DNA of 64,000 nucleotides. Source: Anaerolineales bacterium UBA3499. Lineage in GTDB: Bacteria; Chloroflexota; Anaerolineae; Anaerolineales; UBA11657. A program made the position numbers and the translations under genes. Location: the NCBI GenBank assembly GCA_002377585.1, contig DFQC01000025.1, positions 91,740-155,739 on the forward strand. The letters run 5' to 3'. Positions 40,401-48,162 of the stretch are shown here, one piece after another; positions within the stretch are counted from its first letter, which is position 1; the number at the start of each line of letters is the position of its first letter. Under the pieces are notes generated by a model. The model ran no database searches. It worked only from the letters and a program-made list of their open reading frames with translations, and was not told the DNA's origin.

Positions 40401-40553
40401 CACTATCACTGCTCCAGCAGTAATGGATGCAAATACAATCATGACAACCATTAGCAACAATCCAACAAACCACGGCCGCATACTACGTATACCACTTTTG
40501 GCACGACGACGACGTGCGCGCCTGTCGCGAACAATATGTATTGCGTTAGGCAT
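37488..40553 (-). CDS. Class A penicillin-binding protein (transglycosylase + transpeptidase) with C-terminal Ig-like domains
   Basis: EDKTFY, QGGSTITQQLVKN, RKLRE (GT51); GSTIKP (SxxK), SLN (SxN), KTGT; N-terminal TM anchor. Confidence 0.92.
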   Translation of the reverse strand: MPNAIHIVRDRRARRRRAKSGIRSMRPWFVGLLLMVVMIVFASITAGAVIVLGVYSEIVVDLPSAESLELAFQTSSNQFFQTTKVFDRTGQHVLYEVIDPRAGDRQWLDLEQIPVRFQTATISIEDKTFYQNAGYDLFGMLRAFSANLSRPICVLRPEDCPGLIQGGSTITQQLVKNVIIAPGMYADTSYARKLREVLIAREATTRYNKAQILEWYLNTNFYGNLAYGIDAASRVYFGKPAAQLSLSESALLASIPQSPGLNPIDNPESARKRQVLVLDSMVEQGYISDEDARAALADDVFARLQPASSRFNIDAPHFVFHVLNEAELLLGEDLVQRGGLRITTTLDLDLQKQVECVARTHIERLRGLDPNTVVSTSDSTDCKATAYLPPIASKYVGVDRKASNVAVVVQAPGTGEILSMLGSYDYWNSDIDGSYNVATDGLRQPGSTIKPFTYLTAFSQGYTPASMVLDVRTAFPLDSGVSYVPENYDRSFRGPVSFRTALSQSLNVPAVKVMTMVGVENVLRTAHKLGINSLDGDTDKFGPALTLGGGEVSLMDLTYAYSVLANNGIMAGKPSHESQIRTGFRSLDPVAILNIKDRDGSVLTYCGTDGESPCEFIEPDTRAVLSPELAYLMNHVLSDERARIPAFGHPNSLELGRPAAAKTGTTNNYVDSWTVGYTPHLVAGVWVGNNDSTGMLEVTGSNGAAPIWNAVMTYGVRSMGLAPIGWDRPIGIKETKVCYPSGLLPTDDCQDIVREVFVIGTEPVSLDDIWKSFKINRDTGKLATVYTPPELIEDRIFQILPSGAADWIANEGIPQPPYEYDTFQGDEQTATMQAAEIILPLPFDYVRGNVAIEGYATGDDFQYYRLQYGQGLNPDKWSQLGEDNYERVDDGVLQQWDTTGLSGLYTLQLLVIRNDQQFDISIVQVTVDNEPPVVSITSPWSGKIVDIDEESIVIQPDVSDDFSVSFVEIWVDDKQVETRTIAPFATRWKIDTLGSHTIHVRAGDAAGNITRSEDVPIFVQR

Positions 40554-40595
40554 TCTATGATTATAGTACTAGTAAACTAGAACCATCCCTAATAT

Positions 40596-41369
40596 TTAGT
40601 CACCTAATTCTGGCAAATTCCTTTCTATCACAATCATATGCGATAGACCGAACCATCTTAAAGAAGTCCTCTCAAGAGACTGCAATCCATATCTGACCAT
40701 CTTGCCAATCACACCGAATTTAGACACAAGGTTGTCATATCCCCCAAAAATTACAGTATGTGAAACTATTTTCGCCTGCATCCCACTAAATAGACTTCTA
40801 ATCTCAGAAGGCAAGTAAGTGCGTACATGTGGTGCCAAAATATCGCGCAAAAAATTAGGTAGATAATTAATAAAAGGCACATTCCCAAAATGGTATTTGT
40901 CGCGCCAATAAATTCCGTGTGTTTCCACAGGATACCATCGGTTCGGAACAAAAATTATAGCTCTTCCACCGCTAACACCCTTTTCTTTGTCTGGTATCCG
41001 TAACACACGTACAATTTCATTGGCCGCCATATTGTCATCTTGAACATGCTCTAGAACTTCATGAGAAATAACATAATCGAAGCATCCGTCCGCATACGGC
41101 AGATATTCGCACTGACCAGCTACCAAAAGGCTTGAATCAACAATAGAAGATGATAAACGTGATATTTCAATATCAAGTCCATGTACACTTTCATAATATT
41201 GACTTAACTCACGGACATATATACCCAATCCGCAGCCATCTACTAAGATACGATTACCAGATTGTACAGGTAGTGCAGATAACATCATTTGCAAACGTCG
41301 CTGCTGACCTTGCCTCCACACATAGGAAGGTTCTCCTCTTGAAGCAGCTTCGGAAGAGTACTGGTTCAT
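40596..41369 (-). CDS. Class I SAM-dependent methyltransferase
   Basis: ILVDGCGLG, GLDIE, LPYADGCFD, HEVLEHV, VRVLR; ATGA overlap with the upstream gene. Confidence 0.85.
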   Translation of the reverse strand: MNQYSSEAASRGEPSYVWRQGQQRRLQMMLSALPVQSGNRILVDGCGLGIYVRELSQYYESVHGLDIEISRLSSSIVDSSLLVAGQCEYLPYADGCFDYVISHEVLEHVQDDNMAANEIVRVLRIPDKEKGVSGGRAIIFVPNRWYPVETHGIYWRDKYHFGNVPFINYLPNFLRDILAPHVRTYLPSEIRSLFSGMQAKIVSHTVIFGGYDNLVSKFGVIGKMVRYGLQSLERTSLRWFGLSHMIVIERNLPELGD

Positions 41370-42064
41370 TTCGTGCCCCAATGAAACGCTACTGATCCGA
41401 ACATCACCTTCCTAAAACCGACATTTCTGAAACCAATACTAGACATCAATTCTGCCAAATCCTCAGCTGACAAGAACTCAGCTGTTGATTCAGAAAGATA
41501 TTTGTAAGCATCACCATGTCCAGATATTAATTGTCCCAACAATGGAATCACACCAAAAAAATATGGCTTAAGTGTCAATCTGAGCCATGTTTGTCTAAAT
41601 GGGCTAGTATCCAAACATAACAAGTTTCCCCCTTTAGCTAATACACGATATTGTTCCTTTAGTGCTGATGTCACATTGCCCACATTACGCAATAGAAATG
41701 CCGACATGACTACATCAAAACTGTTGTTTTGGAACGATAAACTGAGCGAATCAGCAGCCAGCCAACAAACACTATCTGCATTACTGCGAGCACGCGCTAC
41801 ATTCAACATGCTCTCGGAAAAATCTGCGCCCACACACATTATGTCAATATTATCAGATACAATTTTTAATGAAAGATCTCCTGTGCCTGTACCGATATCC
41901 AAAACACGTCCATTGTTCGGCAAGCTAGTCTGATTTAGCAAAGTACTACGCCAATATTTGTCATATCCGAATGTAATCAGGCTATTCATAAGATTATAAC
42001 GATGAGCAATAAGGTTAAACATAAACCTTATGTCATCAGGTTGTTTGCTCATATATTTACGCAT
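41366..42064 (-). CDS. menG: UbiE/MenG-family (demethylmenaquinone) methyltransferase
   Basis: MFNLIAHRYNLMN, VLDIGTGTGD, DFSESML, LRNV, EQYRVL, AYKYLSES. Confidence 0.82.
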   Translation of the reverse strand: MRKYMSKQPDDIRFMFNLIAHRYNLMNSLITFGYDKYWRSTLLNQTSLPNNGRVLDIGTGTGDLSLKIVSDNIDIMCVGADFSESMLNVARARSNADSVCWLAADSLSLSFQNNSFDVVMSAFLLRNVGNVTSALKEQYRVLAKGGNLLCLDTSPFRQTWLRLTLKPYFFGVIPLLGQLISGHGDAYKYLSESTAEFLSAEDLAELMSSIGFRNVGFRKVMFGSVAFHWGTK

Positions 42065-42072
42065 TATATTTA

Positions 42073-43680
42073 TCAGGGAGATAAGATTACTGAATTTATA
42101 CTGCTAGAATAGTATAAAGCTTCTATCCATTTGTCATCCTTCGTAAGCCATCCATCATACTCTCTTCGCGCTGATACAGCTTTCCAACCATCGAGATTAA
42201 ATGGTACTTCCGGATCATCTGCTGCAATCCATACCCCATTATATTTCCTTGCAAAATGCAAGTGTGTGGCACTAGAATAACCTCCCTCACATGATGGGTG
42301 ACCAATTAAGTCACCAGTTTTCAAGGTCTTCCCAACTTGTACTCTGTCATCATAATGGATATGCATATACAACAAGTTCCAGCCGGTTTGCTCATAACCA
42401 TCACCATCAAAATCCTGAACCACTGCGCCCTCTGACGATCGTACTATTTGCCCATCAGCAGAAGCACGTATCCACGCTTGAGAAACTTGACATCCACTTG
42501 CACCGTCAGGTGGACCAAAATCGATCCCCGCCCAAGCACTACCAGAATCCCAACCCCCATGAGGTCCTCCTGTAAAATACCATACCTCATTTCTATCCCA
42601 AGGCCATTGCAAGTCCGGCTGCTCCAAATATGCAGGTAATAACGGTTCATAGGCATATCCAAACGCACTACCGAACATTTCAGTATAAAGTCTATCAAAA
42701 CCACTCTCACCAACAATGTTGGGCCAGACATCAGCAGAGTACATCTTACTAAAATAAAATTGTACAGCTACTGTACCAGCATTAATACCGGGCGCAATTG
42801 CTAACTGCGATCCATCTATCAAATCTAGCACTTGCAAAGTATCGTCTCGCCATCCGTAAAAACCATAATTTAGAGTATCAGCCGCCCATGACAATTGTCT
42901 TAAGAGTCCTTTGTATCCTGATCTAACATATCCAAAGGGATATGTTAACGAAACATCACCCGCACTGGACCCCATCACCCAACCAGTTTGTTGCTCTAAA
43001 ATAGCAATCAATAAACGAGGATTAACTGAGTAATTCTCAGATACATACTTAACAATTTCAGCCCCATTTCGAGTAATGCCACGATGATCTGTTTCACTAA
43101 CTGTATTCAAATAACTGTCCCATTTGTTCAAATACTCTGTAATATCAAATCCTATCTGACCTGGACCATAGACTAGTTCAGAGTCAGGAATAAGTTTATG
43201 ATTGGAGCCTAATGGGAGATAATTATCTGGTATTTCCAAGGATTGCCCTAACACCAACATGTCGTTTGCCGGCAAACTGTTTGCTTCTCGCAGGGCTTGG
43301 ACCGACACCTTATACATACGTGCTATTGCACTTAAAGTGTCGCCGGATTTCACCACATAATTCTTCACTGCCGGCACTACTTGAGCAGGACGCGTAGCAT
43401 CCGGAGTAGGTGTACCACTGACAACCACAGTAGAATACACTATCTCACGTACCTCACCTGGCATATAAGTGCCAGGTAACACCCGGGGATTATCAGCAAC
43501 ATTTCCCACTGGGGTAACCCGCCCATCTATACCTTCCAACTTGCCAACGTCTTGTCGTACACAAGCAATGCTTGCTAATACCATTAAGAAAAACACAATT
43601 AATGGCCGATACTCTTCATAAATGATAGAAAGTTTTTTCTGAAATAGATTAACTGCTATCAATGTCTGCTTGTAATTCAT
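42073..43680 (-). CDS. LysM-domain M23 metallopeptidase, LasA (M23A)-like
   Basis: LysM (YVVKSGDTLSAIA); SVNPRLLIAILE; GPHGGWDSGSAWAGIDF; CEGGYSSATHLHF...YNG. Confidence 0.82.
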   Translation of the reverse strand: MNYKQTLIAVNLFQKKLSIIYEEYRPLIVFFLMVLASIACVRQDVGKLEGIDGRVTPVGNVADNPRVLPGTYMPGEVREIVYSTVVVSGTPTPDATRPAQVVPAVKNYVVKSGDTLSAIARMYKVSVQALREANSLPANDMLVLGQSLEIPDNYLPLGSNHKLIPDSELVYGPGQIGFDITEYLNKWDSYLNTVSETDHRGITRNGAEIVKYVSENYSVNPRLLIAILEQQTGWVMGSSAGDVSLTYPFGYVRSGYKGLLRQLSWAADTLNYGFYGWRDDTLQVLDLIDGSQLAIAPGINAGTVAVQFYFSKMYSADVWPNIVGESGFDRLYTEMFGSAFGYAYEPLLPAYLEQPDLQWPWDRNEVWYFTGGPHGGWDSGSAWAGIDFGPPDGASGCQVSQAWIRASADGQIVRSSEGAVVQDFDGDGYEQTGWNLLYMHIHYDDRVQVGKTLKTGDLIGHPSCEGGYSSATHLHFARKYNGVWIAADDPEVPFNLDGWKAVSARREYDGWLTKDDKWIEALYYSSSINSVILSP

Positions 43681-43764
43681 TAATTAATATTCTACCGTAG
43701 TACTAAGTGTATAATTATACAAATACCACTCGAAATAATCTGATAGAATTTCCCTATTGTTCAC

Positions 43765-44943
43765 GTGCGTAATCCAAAGTCTCATACGAATAATGTAAAT
43801 CTACCATCAATGACATCAAACTGGTTCAAGATATGTATCACACTATTTGTATTGAAACTCACATCTTGCAGTCCACCCAATCTACAACGCAATGCAACAC
43901 TCCGGCCTCCAGAAGTAAAATATGCTAGTGCCACATTTACAAGCACAGCTACTATTACAACCATAAGTCCCACCAACACTATTACTATGACAGCAACTTC
44001 AACTGCTACTAATACGTCTACATCCACACCAACTAATACTCCAACGCCTACTATGTTTCCCACTCGAGATCCTAGCGCCACAAGCACTATAGTTCCAGAC
44101 TACTTGCCGATTTCTGACCTGCCTGCGCCTCATTTCTGGCTGGACCGCCCAATCTCAGATGAATACAATGACTACGTCATACCAACATATAGATATGGAT
44201 CTACACAAGGAGGCACATTAAGAATACATCATGGCGTAGATTTCGTTAATCCATTAGGTACACCAATCAAGTCCACAATATCTGGAAAGGTTGTTTTTGC
44301 AGGCAGTGATTATTATGCTAAATTAGGTCCAACAAAAGATTTTTATGGCCGAGCCATTATTGTCCATACATTCAATCATTTTCTACATCAACCGGTTTTT
44401 GTCCTCTACGGTCATCTTGATACTATTCTAGTTTCGAAGGGACAAACCATAGAAACGGGAACAATTATAGGAACTGTAGGTGGAGCAGGAATAGCTAGAG
44501 GTGGTAGCCATTTGCACATGGAAATACGCGTTGGACATAATGATTATCTGTCAACAAGAAATCCAGAATTGTGGATCCGTCCATACCCCGACTGGGGTAC
44601 ACTAGCAGGAAGAATAACAGATAAAGATGGCAAACTTGTTCCACTAGTGAATATAACAGTGATTTCCAAGCAATTAGATGAGACAGATATTAGTCCTGTA
44701 CGTCGCTACTTAACCACGTATGCTGAAGGTCCGGTCAACCCAGATGAAATTCTGGGCGAAAATTTTGCATTGGCTGATTTACCGCCAGGTATATATACTG
44801 TTGGTATAAACACAGGAGGAACTATCCAAAGACAGGACGTCACTATATTGCCAGACAGACTGAATTGGATAGAATTTGGAAATGTTAATCCACCCCTAAC
44901 ATGGACTCCTACACCAATTACAACCCCAACACCAAAACAATAA
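43765..44943 (+). CDS. M23 family metallopeptidase, probable lipoprotein
   Basis: LTSC lipobox-like, Thr-rich linker, HHGVDF, YGHL, HLHMEIR, carboxypeptidase-regulatory-like C-terminal domain. Confidence 0.85.
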   Translation: MRNPKSHTNNVNLPSMTSNWFKICITLFVLKLTSCSPPNLQRNATLRPPEVKYASATFTSTATITTISPTNTITMTATSTATNTSTSTPTNTPTPTMFPTRDPSATSTIVPDYLPISDLPAPHFWLDRPISDEYNDYVIPTYRYGSTQGGTLRIHHGVDFVNPLGTPIKSTISGKVVFAGSDYYAKLGPTKDFYGRAIIVHTFNHFLHQPVFVLYGHLDTILVSKGQTIETGTIIGTVGGAGIARGGSHLHMEIRVGHNDYLSTRNPELWIRPYPDWGTLAGRITDKDGKLVPLVNITVISKQLDETDISPVRRYLTTYAEGPVNPDEILGENFALADLPPGIYTVGINTGGTIQRQDVTILPDRLNWIEFGNVNPPLTWTPTPITTPTPKQ

Positions 44944-46028
44944 AAAGTCTTGTACAAAGGTGGAATAACACAGCATTATTTTGTTTAGTGATGCTAAATC
45001 TATTGTACGCGTGCAGTTACCAAGATCAGGATAAAAACACTGCAAACCACATTGAGACAGCTAAAACTGCTACTTTCGTGGCCTATCAAAAAACTCTACC
45101 GCCACCATTACCACCGCAACGTACTACTCCTACTACTACTCCGATACCTACGGAGACCAAAAAACCAACGTTAACTCCTACTAATACCGCTACATATACA
45201 CCTACAGTTACACCCACTCGTACTCCTATAGTACCTAAAGCACGTCCAGAGCAATTACCATTGCCAAGACAGGATTTTGCAAATGAAACACACTTGTTCT
45301 ATGGACGTCCAATGTTGGAAGGTAACAATTATCCGGTATCACACTATCGTTATGGTATGACCTGGGATGGACTGTTAGCACCCCACTTAGGTGTAGATTT
45401 AGCTAATGATAAAGGCTCTATGGTAGTAGCTATTGGTAACGGTACAGTAATATATTCAGGAAATGATGATACTGAACTCTTTGGGTTCAGAAACGAATTC
45501 TATGGCAACCTCATAGTGTTAAGTCTGGATCAAAAATGGAATGACAGGCAAATTTATGCACTATATGCTCACTTAAGTGAAACTAATGTGGAAATTGGAC
45601 AAAAAGTAACACAAGGGGACATTGTTGGAAAAGTAGGCGAATCAGGCGCAGCATTAGCACCTCATCTCCACCTCGAAATAAGAATTGACGATCCCAGAAA
45701 TTACATGTCAACCCGTAATCCAGAATTGTGGTACTTGCCACTACCGGGTACCGGTGTTGTGGCTGGACGCATACTCGACAAAAATGGTCTATTTATACCT
45801 GGACACATGGTAAAAATTACCTGTGCCGACCAAGGTGTCCGATGGGTACAAACCTATTGGAATCAGTGGACTCCACCAGATGATAATTTCAGTGAAAATT
45901 TCGTTTTCAGTGACATTCCTGAAATGCAATGTACAGTGCAATCGGAATATTCTGGAGAGATAATTAGCCAATCCATTGACATACAGCCACAGGACGTAGT
46001 GTTTGTTGTATTACGACATTCATCTTAA
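44901..46028 (+). CDS. M23 family metallopeptidase, paralog of the upstream gene
   Basis: LYAC lipobox-like, PT linker, HLGVDL, YAHL, HLHLEIR, STRNPELW shared with the neighbour. Start uncertain. Confidence 0.85.
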   Translation: MDSYTNYNPNTKTIKSLVQRWNNTALFCLVMLNLLYACSYQDQDKNTANHIETAKTATFVAYQKTLPPPLPPQRTTPTTTPIPTETKKPTLTPTNTATYTPTVTPTRTPIVPKARPEQLPLPRQDFANETHLFYGRPMLEGNNYPVSHYRYGMTWDGLLAPHLGVDLANDKGSMVVAIGNGTVIYSGNDDTELFGFRNEFYGNLIVLSLDQKWNDRQIYALYAHLSETNVEIGQKVTQGDIVGKVGESGAALAPHLHLEIRIDDPRNYMSTRNPELWYLPLPGTGVVAGRILDKNGLFIPGHMVKITCADQGVRWVQTYWNQWTPPDDNFSENFVFSDIPEMQCTVQSEYSGEIISQSIDIQPQDVVFVVLRHSS

Positions 46029-46080
46029 CAAACTGGACAATACAGATAACTATTATTGATTGTAAAATATATAGCATCTC

Positions 46081-47013
46081 ATGACACGTATATATAAAAT
46101 AGCAATCAGATTTTTACTCGGAGTTTTTGGCACTATATGTATTGTCGGATGCCAAATTAATCCGGAGAGTCAGTTTAATGAAGAATCCGTAAGAGAACCA
46201 ACTCCCACACTTTTCGGAACAGCCATAATAACACCTGCCTCCTCAGAGGCGACACCAACCCCTTTACCCAAAAAAATCCCGGATGTATGTGTGTTTCCAG
46301 TATTCAATGAAGAAGTTGGGCAAAATGACGAGGCTGCCATCTATCGATTCAATTGGGTATCAGGAGAAGAAAATCTAGAAATTGAAACGCGTGGTGGCCC
46401 AATTACAATCCAGGGCCCTGTCAATCTCACAAGCGGTACGCGTCGCTTACTAATTGTCCATAGATATCCCCCACCAGAAATACTGAGTGTATCTTCCAAA
46501 CTTAAATCAGAGAGTAACCTACTTTATGATACTAATACTGACGCTGCGGAGATTCGTACAAAAGATGGGAGCATATTAAGCCAAACCATATACGATGATG
46601 CTGGGGACATAGGTAACCTAAAACCAGCGCTCGATGTAATATCTGTTGAAAGACAATTTGCAGAAGATGGAGGTTACATAGTTCGGTTGACTACAAATGC
46701 TCCTAACGATGGTATATATGAAACATCATTTGAGAACATAGAGCTAAGAATTGGCTCCGAACGATATGCACACCGCATTCTAAATAACGGAAAAACAGTA
46801 AACCTGAAGTATGACTCTGAAGGCAACTATAATATGTGGGATGGTACCCTTATATCGCAAGGAAACACTATAACCTGGGTGCTTGATGAGGGATCAGATG
46901 TCAACTTCAGTGTGCGAACAGCAACTGACATTCGGTTAGCAGATGACACTTCGATTTTTCCAGCAGATAAGATGGACACACTTTGGAAAGCATCTCAAAG
47001 TGCTTGTAGATAA
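46081..47013 (+). CDS. Hypothetical lipoprotein
   Basis: Basic N-terminus, hydrophobic stretch and IVGC lipobox; PTP linker; no recognised domain. Confidence 0.7.
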   Translation: MTRIYKIAIRFLLGVFGTICIVGCQINPESQFNEESVREPTPTLFGTAIITPASSEATPTPLPKKIPDVCVFPVFNEEVGQNDEAAIYRFNWVSGEENLEIETRGGPITIQGPVNLTSGTRRLLIVHRYPPPEILSVSSKLKSESNLLYDTNTDAAEIRTKDGSILSQTIYDDAGDIGNLKPALDVISVERQFAEDGGYIVRLTTNAPNDGIYETSFENIELRIGSERYAHRILNNGKTVNLKYDSEGNYNMWDGTLISQGNTITWVLDEGSDVNFSVRTATDIRLADDTSIFPADKMDTLWKASQSACR

Positions 47014-47057
47014 TTCTGCAACTATCAGTCAAAGCAATTTCTGAAAAAAAGTCACAT

Positions 47058-48152
47058 GTGACGTATACTAATGGTCTTATGAGCATAATTACTAGTAAAA
47101 CCCGTAACTTTTTCTATATAGTAGTTCTAATAGCATGCTACCTCACTTATGTTACCATTCGCCCTTACCTTTCTAGTATAGTGCTCGCAGTATTGACCGC
47201 CATTATGTATCGCCCACTATACTTGCGATTCCTCCAATGGTGTCGTGGATATAAATTTCTCGCAATGACGATCACAATGATAGCCCTGTCTATAAGTTTA
47301 CTAGCACCATTATGGCTAGTAGGCGATATTACAATCAAGCAATCTCTACAATTCACTCAAGATGTCAGCAGACTTGTTACCGGAAACAATCTCACATTGC
47401 TTAATGCAATCTCACAAACCAACACACTACTAAGCGCGATACCGCTGGTAGATTATCAAGTGACTGAGGAAGCGCTAATTGCTAGCGTCCAGAAAACGGT
47501 AGGTCCTATCAGCACATATATTGCAAACAATGCCCTTAGTATTGGGACCTCATCAATTCAGATAATCACTCAAGCAATAGTTTTTGTCTCTGTTCTGATT
47601 ACTTTGCTTCCTATCACACCAAAAGCTTTCCAAATAGTAAAAGATCTCAGTCCATTAGACGACCAACTTGATCAAAAATACATTCAACGTGTAACAGCAA
47701 TGGCTCGTGCTATGGTAAGAGGCGTATTTGTAATTGCGTTAGCTCAAGGAGTTGCAGCAGGTATTTTTCTTGCGGTCGGAGGCGTACCATATGTGGCTTT
47801 TTGGACTCTGCTATGCATTGTGTTCGCGCTATTACCATTAGGGGTAAATGTAATAACTATCCCAGCGGGCATTACACTAGTAGTTTTTGGTAGTGTGTGG
47901 CAAGGACTGCTAGTATTGTTAGGAGGTCTTTTAGTTGTAAGCAACATAGATACATTTCTACGACCAATGCTTGTACCCAAGGAAGCTAGCCTAAATCCTG
48001 CACTTGTATTAATTGGTGCCCTTGGAGGACTAAGACTTTTTGGATTCTTAGGGGTAATATATGGTCCAGTGGTTATGATTTTCTTGGTGACCACTATTGA
48101 AATATATTTGGAACATTATAGATACGAGAAAACATCAGCAGATACGCACTAA
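47058..48152 (+). CDS. AI-2E family transporter
   Basis: RPLY, AQG, NIDTFLRP, GGLRLFGFLGVIYGP. Confidence 0.88.
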   Translation: MTYTNGLMSIITSKTRNFFYIVVLIACYLTYVTIRPYLSSIVLAVLTAIMYRPLYLRFLQWCRGYKFLAMTITMIALSISLLAPLWLVGDITIKQSLQFTQDVSRLVTGNNLTLLNAISQTNTLLSAIPLVDYQVTEEALIASVQKTVGPISTYIANNALSIGTSSIQIITQAIVFVSVLITLLPITPKAFQIVKDLSPLDDQLDQKYIQRVTAMARAMVRGVFVIALAQGVAAGIFLAVGGVPYVAFWTLLCIVFALLPLGVNVITIPAGITLVVFGSVWQGLLVLLGGLLVVSNIDTFLRPMLVPKEASLNPALVLIGALGGLRLFGFLGVIYGPVVMIFLVTTIEIYLEHYRYEKTSADTH

Positions 48153-48162
48153 GTTTAGAATA

